The translations under genes and the position numbers were made by a program. Positions 28,956 through 40,254 of a DNA stretch of 64,000 nt are shown here, in pieces. This DNA comes from an uncultured cyanobacterium (lineage in GTDB: Bacteria > Cyanobacteriota > Cyanobacteriia > Phormidesmidales > Phormidesmidaceae): the NCBI GenBank assembly GCA_963793265.1, contig CAWBZI010000002.1, positions 416,001 through 480,000 of the forward strand. The letters are read 5' to 3'. The notes below the pieces were generated by a model that was given only the letters and a program-made list of their open reading frames with translations, was not told the DNA's origin and searched no databases. Within the stretch, counting starts at the first letter, position 1. Each line of letters opens with the position of its first letter.

Positions 28956-29043
28956 CGCAGATTCATCCTTAAAATCCTATCTTTGGGCGCGAGCCTTTAC
29001 TGTGCAAACTCTCACTATTGTGCTGCGGAATTAATTTGAATAC

Positions 29044-29086
29044 TGTACGCATTGTTGCAGAATTAATTGCCCGCTGTAGATACGTT
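29044..29086 (+). promoter_or_regulatory. Putative NtcA-activated (class II) promoter of the permease operon
   Basis: T-GTA-N8-TGC-A at 29044-29059 (one mismatch to GTA-N8-TAC), then exactly 22 nt after the TGC, then TACGTT (TAN3T) at 29081-29086. Confidence 0.5.
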
Positions 29087-29142
29087 GGCGCAATATATTC
29101 CACTATGAAATAACAGTATCGCTAAACCTTCAGGCACCTACT

Positions 29143-30585
29143 ATGAGTCGGAAACCATTAAGCCCCACGCGAGAAACATCCGATCGCAACTCAACGCCAA
29201 AAGTAGCAACCTCTCCCCCTAACCCTGACGACTCGGGTGGCATTGCAAGTTTTTTTCACTTTGAGCAGCTTGGCACCAACTTTCGCACCGAAGTCTTGGC
29301 AGGGGTCACAACCTTCGTCACCATGGCCTATATTTTGGCCGTCAATCCCGATATTCTCTCTGCCGCTATCTTTTTGCAGAATCCTGGTGATTTGTTTGGA
29401 GAGCTGGTTTTTGCGACCGCTATTTCATCCGCGATCGCTACGCTGATCATGGGTGTTTACGCCAAATATCCGTTTGCACTGGCCCCTGGCATGGGTATCA
29501 ACGCCTATTTTGCGTTTTCTGTTGTGCTCGGATTAGGCATAGAATGGCGCGTTGCACTAGCAGCAGTATTTATTGAGGGACTGATCTTTATCGCAATGTC
29601 TCTCACCAAAATGCGCAGCCGCATCGTTTCGGCTATTCCCGATTGCCTCAAACATGCCACAGCAGCAGGGATTGGTTTATTTATTGCCTACATTGCGCTC
29701 ACCAGTAACTCAGGCATTATCGTCACCAGCGAAGCCACCACTACAACGTTAGGTAACCTGGCAAATCCAAGTACTTTGATGGCGATCGCCGGTATTCTAA
29801 TCACGGGTGCTTTTGTCGCCAGACGAGTCAAAGGCGCGCTGCTAATCGGCATTTTAGCGACCGCCCTACTCGGCTGGATTTTGGGCGTTGCTCCCTGGCC
29901 TCAAGGCGTGGTCGGACTTCCTGTTTTGCCGGTTAATATTGCGGGTCAGGCTTTTGTGGGCTTATCAAAAGTATTAGAAAACAACATTTGGAATTTACTC
30001 GCAGTCCTATTTGTCTTTCTATTCGTAGACACGTTTGACACAGTAGGAACGCTCACAGGCGTAGGCGTTAAAGCCGGGTTCGTCGATGAAGACGGAGAAC
30101 TCCCGCGCGCCAGTCAAGCCTTTATGGCAGACGCGATCGGGACGACGGCAGGCGCTGCTTTAGGAACCTCTACAGTGGCCACTTTCATCGAGTCTGCTTC
30201 AGGCGTATCTGAAGGCGGACGCAGCGGCTTTACGGCTGTAGTCACCTCTGCTCTCTTCGCCCTTGCTGTTTTCTTCACGCCCCTTCTGTCTGCAATTCCC
30301 GCCTTCGCGACTGCGCCAGTTCTACTCATCGTGGGCGTTTTGATGGTAGGCAGCATCACCGAAATCGACTGGCGCGATCCAGCCGAATCTATCCCTTCAT
30401 TTTTGACCATTTTATTTATTCCCCTCAGCTTTTCCATTGCCGAGGGATTGGCCGTGGGTTTTATCAGCTACCCTATTTTCAAAGCCTCTCAGGGCAAAGC
30501 CCATGAAATTGATATCACCGTCTGGATCTTAGCAGCAGTGTTCTTGCTCCGATTTGTCTTCTTAGCCCTCGATATTGGCGCGTAA
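29143..30585 (+). CDS. NCS2/AzgA-like purine (adenine/guanine/hypoxanthine) permease
   Basis: TEVLAGVTTFVTMAYILAVNP, LAPGMGINAYFA, DTFDTVGT, FIESASGVSEGGRSG; many TM helices. Confidence 0.92.
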   Translation: MSRKPLSPTRETSDRNSTPKVATSPPNPDDSGGIASFFHFEQLGTNFRTEVLAGVTTFVTMAYILAVNPDILSAAIFLQNPGDLFGELVFATAISSAIATLIMGVYAKYPFALAPGMGINAYFAFSVVLGLGIEWRVALAAVFIEGLIFIAMSLTKMRSRIVSAIPDCLKHATAAGIGLFIAYIALTSNSGIIVTSEATTTTLGNLANPSTLMAIAGILITGAFVARRVKGALLIGILATALLGWILGVAPWPQGVVGLPVLPVNIAGQAFVGLSKVLENNIWNLLAVLFVFLFVDTFDTVGTLTGVGVKAGFVDEDGELPRASQAFMADAIGTTAGAALGTSTVATFIESASGVSEGGRSGFTAVVTSALFALAVFFTPLLSAIPAFATAPVLLIVGVLMVGSITEIDWRDPAESIPSFLTILFIPLSFSIAEGLAVGFISYPIFKASQGKAHEIDITVWILAAVFLLRFVFLALDIGA

Positions 30586-31626
<1,041 letters not shown>

Positions 31627-31732
31627 ATCTCTCTTTTTTGCTAGCTGCCGTCCGACAAAACGTAGCGCAAGCTACAGCGCTCTCTTCAGGGTTAATATTT
31701 TATACTCTTGTGTTCTTTACTCTTCATTTGCA

Positions 31733-32935
31733 ATGCGTAAACGAGTCCCAATTCGCGATTGCAAGACTGTTTTATACGGAATGATTGCTTTGTTAGGCGC
31801 GATCGCGCCTCAAGCCCTTCACACTCCCGTAGCTCAAGCTGCCGACACCACGCCCCTCATTTTTGACGACGACGGCAGTCAAGATGGATTTGCAGCCCTC
31901 GCCTATTTGTTGTCAAAGCCCGAATTTGACTTGCAGGCAATTACAATGTCTCACGGGGTCGCTCGCCCAGAAAGCGAAAGCTTTCAAGTTGGCCTCAAGC
32001 AACTTTTAGGCCGATTAGAGATTACCGATGTGCCAGTCGGCATTGGCAGCGCGGTGCCCTTAGAAGGTAGCAACGCCTTCCCAGGCTTCATTCGCAACGA
32101 TGCCGATAAGTTTTACGCGCCTTTTGTAAGCGTTCCATCGGCTATTCCAGATGTTGAATTCACAGCAGCAGCAGAGCTAATTGTTGAAACCGTCAACAGC
32201 TCGCCCGATCCAGTCGCTATTTTCTCGGCAGGCTCCTTTACGAACCTGGCTCAGGCGCTACGAATCGATCCGTCTATTGTCGATAATATTGCTGTGCTGC
32301 AAACAATGGGGGGCGCGGTTAACGTGCCCGGAAACTTAGCTGTTACAGACGAGCCGCCCTTTTCTACAAATAAGGTAGCTGAGTTTAATATTTGGACAGA
32401 TCCGCTGGCAGCATCAGAAGTCTTTGCAGCAGGTAACGAGGGGCTCAACATTCAAATGATGCCATTAGACGGGACTAATCAAGTCGAGTTTACAAGAGAA
32501 GACTATCAGGCATGGTTAGATACGGGCACTGTGGAAAGCGCAGTCGCGGCTGAGTTTTTAGACTTTTCGCTGGTGGTTGTAGGCAATGACGTTAACCCCA
32601 ATCCGCTATGGGATATGGTGGCAGCGATCAACCTAGCTGAACCTGAATTCTCTCAGGAGGTGCCTTTGCATATTCAAGTAGATGTAGACTCAGCGCCCGG
32701 CGACACCCAAGGACAAACCAGTGCGATCACTGGTCTACCTCCCAACACGCTCGTCTCGTTAGACTCTAGCTTCGATAACCTGCCTTTTAGCGCTAGCGAG
32801 CTATTCTCTTTTTCTGAAGAATCGCCTCAACCTGTTCCAGAACCTGCTTCTTTTCTAGGATTGCTGTCGATTGGAATTTTAGGCGTATTGAAAAAACGGG
32901 CAGGCGATCGCAAAGCTCTCTTTAAAAAAGGCTAA
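31733..32935 (+). CDS. Secreted nucleoside hydrolase with PEP-CTERM sorting signal
   Basis: Signal-like N-terminus ending AQA-A; IFDDDGSQDG (DxDxxxDD variant), MGGA, AEFNIWTDP, PLWD; C-terminal VPEPASFLGLLSIGILGVLKKR. ATG at 31733 preferred over the ORF-track start at 31616. Confidence 0.85.
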   Translation: MRKRVPIRDCKTVLYGMIALLGAIAPQALHTPVAQAADTTPLIFDDDGSQDGFAALAYLLSKPEFDLQAITMSHGVARPESESFQVGLKQLLGRLEITDVPVGIGSAVPLEGSNAFPGFIRNDADKFYAPFVSVPSAIPDVEFTAAAELIVETVNSSPDPVAIFSAGSFTNLAQALRIDPSIVDNIAVLQTMGGAVNVPGNLAVTDEPPFSTNKVAEFNIWTDPLAASEVFAAGNEGLNIQMMPLDGTNQVEFTREDYQAWLDTGTVESAVAAEFLDFSLVVVGNDVNPNPLWDMVAAINLAEPEFSQEVPLHIQVDVDSAPGDTQGQTSAITGLPPNTLVSLDSSFDNLPFSASELFSFSEESPQPVPEPASFLGLLSIGILGVLKKRAGDRKALFKKG

Positions 32936-33064
32936 AGTCAATCTGCAGTAGATTGGGTCTACATCGCTCTTGCGATTTATGGTCTTCCTTCATGAGGCTG
33001 ATGAAACATAGCGCGACGTTTCTTACGGTGTAAACCGAACACTTAAAAGAGATTTATTTTTTAC

Positions 33065-33517
33065 ATGTCTAGCCCAACTTCAACCGAGCAAAAGCCCTTT
33101 CTAGAGAGAGTCGTTGAGAGAAGCCCTCTGCAAGATACCAATCAGGCCCAGGTAGCCGCTAAGATTGTGTTTCGTATTATGCGAGATCTGATGCCCACCG
33201 ATGAAATTGACACCATCGAGAAAGACCTTCAGGCCCAAGCCTCTGACGCGGAAACAGACATCGCCGATCTGTGGGAAGATCCTAACGTAATGGTCGGCTT
33301 TTTCAGCCGTATCAGCCCGCTGCGTCAGCTTTCTATCGGCTCAGACACATTTTTACTCAGGCTCAAGCAAGAAGGTCAGCTTCCTAAAGACGCCGATCCC
33401 AAAGCAGTAGCAAAAGCAATCTTCTCTGCCACTAAAGAAGATCTTCCCTCAGCGCGAAGCAACGAAATCTCTCAGTTCCTACCAGACGAAATTCGTCAGC
33501 TTTGGGAAACCGCGTAG
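33065..33517 (+). CDS. DUF2267 family protein
   Basis: FLERV...AAKIVFRIMRD...AVAKAIFSATKEDL...ISQFLPDEIRQLW. Confidence 0.75.
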   Translation: MSSPTSTEQKPFLERVVERSPLQDTNQAQVAAKIVFRIMRDLMPTDEIDTIEKDLQAQASDAETDIADLWEDPNVMVGFFSRISPLRQLSIGSDTFLLRLKQEGQLPKDADPKAVAKAIFSATKEDLPSARSNEISQFLPDEIRQLWETA

Positions 33518-33546
33518 GTGAGAACGTTCACTGAATAGCTGAAGAG

Positions 33547-33577
33547 AAAGGACGCTTTGTTTTGAGGCGTCCTTTTT
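33547..33577. terminator. Bidirectional intrinsic terminator
   Basis: AAAGGACGC...GCGTCCTTTTT stem between convergent genes. Confidence 0.75.
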
Positions 33578-33585
33578 AACTCATC

Positions 33586-33876
33586 TTAAATTGGAATACA
33601 GCAGGGAATGACAATGCAACCACTTTGTCGCCGTAAATCTGCCTGTAAAGTAGATGCCGCCGTCTTGCAGGCTCTAAACTGCCGGGGAGCCATTTGCATG
33701 GTTGCTAGCAGGCTTTGCTGGCCCAACATTCGCTTTGCGTAGTCCGAGCAAGACTCTCCGTACAAAATTCTGTGTGGACAGTCAAATCCTTTGCGAGGCG
33801 AAAAGTGGCGCTGATAGGCGTTAATGCCAGCGATCGCACTCCGCCGCGCCAGTGAATCAAGAGTACGAGCTGACAT
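33586..33876 (-). CDS. YidD-like (membrane protein insertion efficiency factor family) small protein
   Basis: AYQRHFSPRKGFDC.HR...ESCSDY, plus a Cys-rich C-terminus. Confidence 0.65.
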   Translation of the reverse strand: MSARTLDSLARRSAIAGINAYQRHFSPRKGFDCPHRILYGESCSDYAKRMLGQQSLLATMQMAPRQFRACKTAASTLQADLRRQSGCIVIPCCIPI

Positions 33877-33979
33877 GGACAATTATCCTAAAAGAGAGGT
33901 TCAAGCTTGCCTATCTTTTATCTTGGATACAGCCGCCGTAACTCTACCCCAAGAGTGACTTCCTTTTTGCTGAGCATAG

Positions 33980-35527
33980 TCAATCATAGTCACCGCCCGA
34001 GCCATATTTCAGCGCATCTATCCTACGGTTTGCTTTGTATTGCTTTTTAGCAGAGCTTGCAGTAGATCTATCCACTGAGCTTTCAGCAGCATTAAGGGCG
34101 CTATAGCCGCCTAGCGTGATGAAGTGACGCATCCAGTCTGCGATCGCCCCCACTCCCACCTGCGGCAAAATACTCGCCACCAAAGCCGGATGCCGCGTAG
34201 ACGTTCTCAACATTGTCTTTGCCAGCGCGGGAAACTGCACAACGTCTTGTAAAAAGGGCTTTAGCACCTCATCACCTAAAGCCGACATATCATCAAAAAT
34301 CGTCGAAAGCACTTCATTAATCTTATTCGGCGGCAGCTTTTGATTCACGCCCACACTCATAGACTTTTGAAACAGCCACGTCACCGACAAATTAGGCTGA
34401 TACGGCTGAAGACCACTTAACGACTGACTATCCAGCAAATCGGCGCTTAAAGCCTCGTGAATGCCCTGGCTCAGCCGTTCTAAGTGGCGAACCATCGCCC
34501 CAAAGCCGCCAAAGCTCAGCGGTGACTGACTGCCGCTGCTATCGCCAACAGCCAGTGTACGGTTCCATGAATACTGTAAGGGGCTGTCTTTGTAGCAAGG
34601 GAAGAAGCCAAACAAAGCGCGAGCAAAGTCAAGCTGTTCGAGAGAAATATTTTGATATTCAGGCAAAAGAGAGAAATAGTCTTCAAAAAAACTTTCTAAG
34701 CTAGGCCGACTCGGATGGGCATCTAAGTAAGTAAACATGTATGTCGTGCGGCCATCGCGAGCTGGGAAAGCCTCCCAAAAATACTGACATTGATTTTGAA
34801 TCGGTGTAACCGAAGCGATCAAATCACCCGTCTCGTTGTTGTCATAACCCGTCGCACAGGTGCCTACGACTATACACACCGCATCCGGCTGCTCTCCTTT
34901 GCGAGCCTGCTGCACCATCGGAGAAAAATGACCCATCGCATCGACCAGCAGCCGGGCCGTGATGTCTTCTGAATTTTTAGCCTGAACATTGACGCCATTA
35001 GGGTGTACAACCGCCGACTCAAAAGGTGTATTCTCCAACAAAGCGCCGCCGCTGGCGAGAAACTTTTGCTTGAGCGTTTCGAGTAAATACTTCGGGTCTA
35101 CGCCAATATTGAGAACGTCGGTTACCCACAGCTCATTGCCACCGTTGAAAGTAATACGGGCTGGATTGTATTGGGACGCGATCGCCTCCTCCAACTCCGC
35201 TTCACTCAACAGTCCCAGTCTGACAAAACTCTCCAACTCCCGGCGCGAAATATTCCACTCCTGATCGCGCCCGCGCAGCTCACCTCGCTCTAACACAGCG
35301 ACCTTCCAACCTCTCTGTGCCAGAGCCGCACCCAGCAAAATGCCAAGCGTTCCCCCACAGATCACCACATCCCACGCCACCTCTGCCAAAGGGGCCCGCG
35401 ATTCAGTCACGACCACAGTCACCTGCCGACTTCCAGACTTATAGCTGTTCCACACCTCATCCGCTTTCTGAAGGCCAACAAACGGATTACCGGAAATATC
35501 AGAGAGAATTTGCTGTGTCTTGTTCAT
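33980..35527 (-). CDS. cruP: CruA/CruP family FAD-dependent protein (size fits CruP)
   Basis: DVVICGGTLG, RGRDQEWNISR, YFWEAFP, GDSSGSQSPLSFGGFG; 515 aa. Confidence 0.75.
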   Translation of the reverse strand: MNKTQQILSDISGNPFVGLQKADEVWNSYKSGSRQVTVVVTESRAPLAEVAWDVVICGGTLGILLGAALAQRGWKVAVLERGELRGRDQEWNISRRELESFVRLGLLSEAELEEAIASQYNPARITFNGGNELWVTDVLNIGVDPKYLLETLKQKFLASGGALLENTPFESAVVHPNGVNVQAKNSEDITARLLVDAMGHFSPMVQQARKGEQPDAVCIVVGTCATGYDNNETGDLIASVTPIQNQCQYFWEAFPARDGRTTYMFTYLDAHPSRPSLESFFEDYFSLLPEYQNISLEQLDFARALFGFFPCYKDSPLQYSWNRTLAVGDSSGSQSPLSFGGFGAMVRHLERLSQGIHEALSADLLDSQSLSGLQPYQPNLSVTWLFQKSMSVGVNQKLPPNKINEVLSTIFDDMSALGDEVLKPFLQDVVQFPALAKTMLRTSTRHPALVASILPQVGVGAIADWMRHFITLGGYSALNAAESSVDRSTASSAKKQYKANRRIDALKYGSGGDYD

Positions 35528-35614
35528 GCACGAACCTTAGCTAGCCAGATTTGATCACTATCTTAAGTACTGTATGCTTTTGTGAGGCGACAAACTAAAA
35601 GGAGCTAAGCAAAC

Positions 35615-36700
35615 ATGGCGCAGATCGGAGTAGCCGTCGTTGGCACCGGGTTCGGGCAAAAGGTTCATATCCCTGGGCTACAGGCACATCACCGCACCGA
35701 GGTCGTCGCAGTATGGAACCGAGACTTAGCCAAGGCCCAAAAGGTCGCTGACGAGTGCAACATCAGCATGGCGTGCGATCGCCTCTCCGACATTCTCACC
35801 CACGACAGCATCCAAGCCGTCACCCTTGCCACACCGCCCTTTGCCCACTACGACATGGCCTGCGACATCATCAAAGCAGGCAAGCACCTTTTACTTGAAA
35901 AGCCCGTCACCCTCTCCGTAGACGAAGCCAAACACATTCAAGCCTTAGCCGCAGAAAACAACGTCATCGTCATTCCCGACTTTGAATTCCGCTATATCCC
36001 CGCCTGGCAGCACTTTGCCGACCTCCTCAATCAAGGCATCGTCGGCCAAAAGCGCCTGATCAAAATCGACTGGCTCGCCTCTAGCCGCGCCAACCCACAA
36101 AGAGCCTGGAACTGGTATGCGCAAAAGGAACTCGGCGGCGGCGCGCTCGGCTCTATCGGCTCCCACACCTTCGACTATGTAAACTGGCTTTTCGGCCCCG
36201 CCACTGGCATCAGCGCTACCTTAAGCACCTCCATCCCACAGCGCCCCGACCCAACAACAGGCGAAATGAAGCCCGTGGATTCTGACGATGTGTGCGCGAT
36301 CGCCCTCACCCTCGCAGACGGCACCCTCTGCCAAATCACGCTCAGCGCAGTCAGCTACGCCGGGCGCGGTCACTGGATAGAAGTGTACGGCGATAAAGGC
36401 ACGTTGGTGATCGGCAACCCTAGTCAAACAGACTATGTAAACGGCTTCAACGTTTTGTTTAGCGAACAGGGCGGTGACTTAAAAGAGATACCTACCCCAG
36501 AGCGTTTTGCGTTTCCCAAAGTGTATGCTGATGGGCGAATTGCACCATTTGTCCGAGTTGTTAACCATTGGGTGAACTGTATTGATTCGGGCCAGGTCAG
36601 CGCGCCCGGTATGGAAGAAGGCGTTTACTCTCAACTGCTGATGGACATGACCCACCTCTCCCATAGACAAAAGGCAAAGCTGGCCATTCCAAGACTTTAG
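35615..36700 (+). CDS. Gfo/Idh/MocA family oxidoreductase
   Basis: VVGTGFG, HLLLEKP, GGGALGSIGSH. Confidence 0.9.
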   Translation: MAQIGVAVVGTGFGQKVHIPGLQAHHRTEVVAVWNRDLAKAQKVADECNISMACDRLSDILTHDSIQAVTLATPPFAHYDMACDIIKAGKHLLLEKPVTLSVDEAKHIQALAAENNVIVIPDFEFRYIPAWQHFADLLNQGIVGQKRLIKIDWLASSRANPQRAWNWYAQKELGGGALGSIGSHTFDYVNWLFGPATGISATLSTSIPQRPDPTTGEMKPVDSDDVCAIALTLADGTLCQITLSAVSYAGRGHWIEVYGDKGTLVIGNPSQTDYVNGFNVLFSEQGGDLKEIPTPERFAFPKVYADGRIAPFVRVVNHWVNCIDSGQVSAPGMEEGVYSQLLMDMTHLSHRQKAKLAIPRL

Positions 36701-36795
36701 AGCGATCTCAATGAGAACATTTATCGCGCTGTAGGTAGAAGAGAATAAAAGCTGTTGGCGCTTAGGGTGATGAATATTCGCTCACCTCAAGACCT

Positions 36796-37269
36796 ATGAA
36801 CGTAACGACCCGACAGATTACCGTTGGCTTTAGAAGCTCTGAAGACTTAGTGAAAGCCGAGGCGGCTCTAGAGAGTCAGGGCGTTGCTGACTTTGAGACT
36901 GAAGCGCCTGTTACTTTGGGTAATAACGTGCCGCAAAAACGTAGACCTGACAGTCAATCGGGCTTGCCTTACGCAATTTCAGTCGGTGCACTTTCAGGCG
37001 CTTTGCTAGGTGCCTTTATTTCAACAATGGCGCTAAACGTACCGAATTTACCGTCAGTAGAAGGAAGTACAACAGAGATGTACGTGCTGGTGCCTTTGGG
37101 TGGGGCTTTGTTGGGCGCGATCGCTGCTGGTCTGATGGCGTTACTCTCAGGAGCCAATCCCGAAGATCCGGATTTTGCCTACTTCAAGCTCAGAGCAGAA
37201 GCAGACTCTGTTGAAAAAGCGCAGGCGATCACAGATACCCTGATAGAAGCAGGCGGTCGATTGCTGTAG
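36796..37269 (+). CDS. Hypothetical membrane protein
   Basis: Two Gly/Ala-rich hydrophobic helices (GALSGALLG; GGALLGAIAAG). Confidence 0.65.
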   Translation: MNVTTRQITVGFRSSEDLVKAEAALESQGVADFETEAPVTLGNNVPQKRRPDSQSGLPYAISVGALSGALLGAFISTMALNVPNLPSVEGSTTEMYVLVPLGGALLGAIAAGLMALLSGANPEDPDFAYFKLRAEADSVEKAQAITDTLIEAGGRLL

Positions 37270-37407
37270 GCTTTTTCGTTCAACGCCTACGTCCTTAGTG
37301 ATACCTGTACTCTCTCTGTCTACGTCGAAAGAGAGATCAACAGTGCTGCAATGGCTTGCATAGCGTAAACGCTGGTAAGTTTGAGAAAATGTATTCCCTT
37401 TGTAAAA

Positions 37408-37713
37408 ATGGCATTATTCGGAAAATCGGACAAAAAAGACTACGAAGCAACGGCTGAAGCTCAGATGCAAAAGCTAGGAGCCCAAATTGATGAGCTACAG
37501 GCAAAAGCAGATGTAGCAAAAGCCGACGCAAAAATAAAATATCAAGAGCAAATCGACGCTTTGAAAGTTAAGCAGTCAGAGGCAAAAGTAAAATACGAAG
37601 AGCTAAAAGCCTCAGCCGGTAATGCTTGGGAAGAGATGAAATCAGGCGTCGATTCTGCTTGGCAGGAGCTACAGGTTGCATTTGATAAAGCTAAGTCCGA
37701 GCTAGACGCATAG
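37408..37713 (+). CDS. Small coiled-coil stress protein (Sll1863-like)
   Basis: KKDYEA..EAQ...LGAQIDELQAKA...AWEEMKSGVDSAW; ATG at 37408. Confidence 0.7.
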   Translation: MALFGKSDKKDYEATAEAQMQKLGAQIDELQAKADVAKADAKIKYQEQIDALKVKQSEAKVKYEELKASAGNAWEEMKSGVDSAWQELQVAFDKAKSELDA

Positions 37714-37752
37714 CACTATACTGAAGCTATCGTTCATGGTTGGTAGCCGCAG

Positions 37753-38625
37753 ATGCGTTTTCTCAATCCGAAAACAGACTTTGCCTTCAAGAAGATCTTT
37801 GGCTCCGAGCAAAGCAAAGACATTTTGATCAGCTTCTTAAACGCCTTGGTTTACGAAGGGCAGCCAACCATTGAAGATTTGGCCATCATCGATCCCTATC
37901 AAGCGCCTCAGCTCAAAGGGATGAAAGATACTTTTCTAGATGTAAAAGCCAAACTAAGGAATAAAACAAACGTCATTATCGAAATGCAGGTGCTCAACGT
38001 TCTTGGCTTCGAGAAGCGAGTCCTTTACAACGCGGCAAAGTCATTCTCTATCCAGCTTGATAGAGGCTATGAATACGATCGTCTATATCCTGTTGTCGCC
38101 CTCACAATTACAGACTTTACTATGTTCGAAGATAGCGACGAGGTAATCTCTCGCTACGAAATGAAAGAAAAGGAGCGCCTGACCACCTATTCAAACGACA
38201 TAGAACTGGTATTTGTAGAGCTGCCTAAATTCAAAAAGTCATTAGATCAACTGACAAGCATTACCGATCGTTGGATTTACTTTTTACAGCAGGCCGCAGG
38301 TTTAGAGGTCATACCAGAAGACTGGGAAGATACGCCTGCACTCAATCATGCTTTTCAAATTGCTGAGCTAAGCAACTTGAGCAAAGAAGAGCTAGATATT
38401 TTCGAGCGCAAGCAAATGTACATTCAAGATAGCCGTAATGCTGTACGTAAAGGTGTTCAGGATGGTATCGAACAGGGAATTGAACAGGGAATTGAGCAGG
38501 GAATTGAGCAGGGTGAGCAGAAAAAGGCGGAGGCGATCGCCCGCGCGCTGCTAGACGTACTAGACGTAGAAACGATCAGTCAGAAAACAGGCTTAAGCGT
38601 TAGTGAAGTAGAGTCGCTCAGATAA
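37753..38625 (+). CDS. Rpn family (PD-(D/E)XK, YhgA-like) nuclease
   Basis: FLNPKTDFAFKKIFG, LDVKA, IIEMQ, FVELPKF; C-terminal GIEQ x4 repeats (38464-38511). Confidence 0.9.
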   Translation: MRFLNPKTDFAFKKIFGSEQSKDILISFLNALVYEGQPTIEDLAIIDPYQAPQLKGMKDTFLDVKAKLRNKTNVIIEMQVLNVLGFEKRVLYNAAKSFSIQLDRGYEYDRLYPVVALTITDFTMFEDSDEVISRYEMKEKERLTTYSNDIELVFVELPKFKKSLDQLTSITDRWIYFLQQAAGLEVIPEDWEDTPALNHAFQIAELSNLSKEELDIFERKQMYIQDSRNAVRKGVQDGIEQGIEQGIEQGIEQGEQKKAEAIARALLDVLDVETISQKTGLSVSEVESLR

Positions 38626-38632
38626 TAAATAC

Positions 38633-38872
38633 TTAAATAGTCGATGGAGGCGGCACTTCCACGACAATTTCATCTACTCGCCAAGCGGCGTAAGCCAGCG
38701 CTTCTAAAATGTCAGTGTGATGTAGCGTAGGATACGCTGCTAAGACCTCTGTTATTTTGCTTCCAGACGCCATCAGCGTCAAAATGCTGCTCACCGTAAC
38801 ACGCGACCCACGAATACAGGGTCGTCCGTCCATCACATTCGGATCTGAAACAATGCGAGTAAATGGCTGCAT
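38633..38872 (-). CDS. DUF433 family protein
   Basis: RIVSDPNVMDGRPCIRGSRVTV...YPTL...DILEALAYAA. Confidence 0.88.
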   Translation of the reverse strand: MQPFTRIVSDPNVMDGRPCIRGSRVTVSSILTLMASGSKITEVLAAYPTLHHTDILEALAYAAWRVDEIVVEVPPPSTI

Positions 38873-38951
38873 AGGCAATAGTTAACTCGCTTCCAACAAT
38901 AGAAAGCGAGTTTTTATACGTTCAAACTGTTTTATCTGGTATCTGCCCAGA

Positions 38952-40136
38952 CTATCTGTCTACAGAACCCATGATGATATCAACGCTACCGAGAATTGGC
39001 ATGATATCAGCGAGCTTTACGCCCTTAAGCAAGTTCGGCAAAATCTGTAGATTATTAAAGTCAGCCGCACGAATTTTCCATCGCCAGGGGAATACATTAT
39101 CTTCGCCAATAATGTAAATACCAACTTCGCCCTTACCCGTTTCTACCCGTACGTAGTGCTCACCTTCAGGAATTTTGAAGGTCGGCGCAATCTTCTTACC
39201 CGCAAACTGATAGTCAAAGCCATTCCATTCAGACTTCGGCCCTTCCATCATTCGCTTTGCTTCTAAGTTCTCAAAAGGCCCACCTGGCAGCTGCTTCATT
39301 GCCTGACGAATAATCTTCACCGACTCACGCATTTCATTAATACGCACGATGTAGCGAGCAAAGCAATCACCTTCAGTTGCCCACTGAACATCCCAGTCGA
39401 GTTCGTCATAGCGCTCGTAATGGTCTACCTTACGTAAGTCCCACTTCACGCCTGAAGCGCGGAGCATCGGGCCTGAGCAGCCCCAGCTAATCGCATCTTC
39501 GCGCGACATTGTGCCCACGCCTTCTACACGGCGACGGAAGATAGGGTTGTCGGTAATCAGCTTCTCGTACTCATCCACTTTGGGCATGAAGTAATCGCAA
39601 AAGTCTTCGCACTTGTCAATCCAGCCATAGGGAAGGTCAGCAGCAACCCCGCCAATGCGGAAATAGTTGTTATTGATCAAACGCGCACCGGAAGCGGCTT
39701 CCCACAGGTCATAAATCAGCTCGCGTTCGCGGAAAATGTAGAAAAAGGGTGTCGTCGCGCCGCAGTCGGCCATGAATGGGCCAAGCCAGAGGAGATGGTT
39801 GGCAATGCGGTTTAGCTCCAGCATAATCATGCGGATGTAGCTAGCGCGCTTAGGCACTTCGATGTCGGCAAGCTTCTCGGGCGCATTTACCGTAATCGCT
39901 TCGTTAAACATGCCAGCCGCATAGTCCCAGCGGCTCACGTAGGGCACAAACATCACGTTCGTACGGTTCTCGGCAATTTTTTCCATGCCACGATGCAGGT
40001 AGCCAATCACCGGCTCAACGTCGATTACGTCTTCCCCATCGAGGGTGACAATCAAACGAAGCACGCCATGCATCGATGGATGGTGCGGCCCCATGTTGAT
40101 TACCATGGGTTCGGTCTTGGTTTGCAGCGTAGCCAT
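38952..40136 (-). CDS. ndhH: NAD(P)H-quinone oxidoreductase subunit H
   Basis: [25 protein letters not shown]-terminal DIIMGSVDR; 394 aa. Confidence 0.98.
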   Translation of the reverse strand: MATLQTKTEPMVINMGPHHPSMHGVLRLIVTLDGEDVIDVEPVIGYLHRGMEKIAENRTNVMFVPYVSRWDYAAGMFNEAITVNAPEKLADIEVPKRASYIRMIMLELNRIANHLLWLGPFMADCGATTPFFYIFRERELIYDLWEAASGARLINNNYFRIGGVAADLPYGWIDKCEDFCDYFMPKVDEYEKLITDNPIFRRRVEGVGTMSREDAISWGCSGPMLRASGVKWDLRKVDHYERYDELDWDVQWATEGDCFARYIVRINEMRESVKIIRQAMKQLPGGPFENLEAKRMMEGPKSEWNGFDYQFAGKKIAPTFKIPEGEHYVRVETGKGEVGIYIIGEDNVFPWRWKIRAADFNNLQILPNLLKGVKLADIMPILGSVDIIMGSVDR

Positions 40137-40254
40137 ATTTACTTTAGGTTCCTGTGCAGCTTTCCTTTAAGGTCTTTATTGTCGTACGTTTACGCCTAAG
40201 TTTCAACGTTCAAAAGCCCCATTTGCCCTGATTATAGGGTACTGACTCAAAATT

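Noticed and set aside
28956..29142. Purine riboswitch upstream of the permease
   Set aside because: No recognisable three-way junction consensus or expression-platform terminator could be seen by eye.
35615..36700. Biliverdin reductase bvdR
   Set aside because: Only generic Gfo/Idh/MocA motifs are present; a specific assignment cannot be supported.
37753..38625. Rpn genes as transposases/IS elements
   Set aside because: No terminal inverted repeats or target duplications were seen; the family is a PD-(D/E)XK nuclease despite the legacy transposase label.
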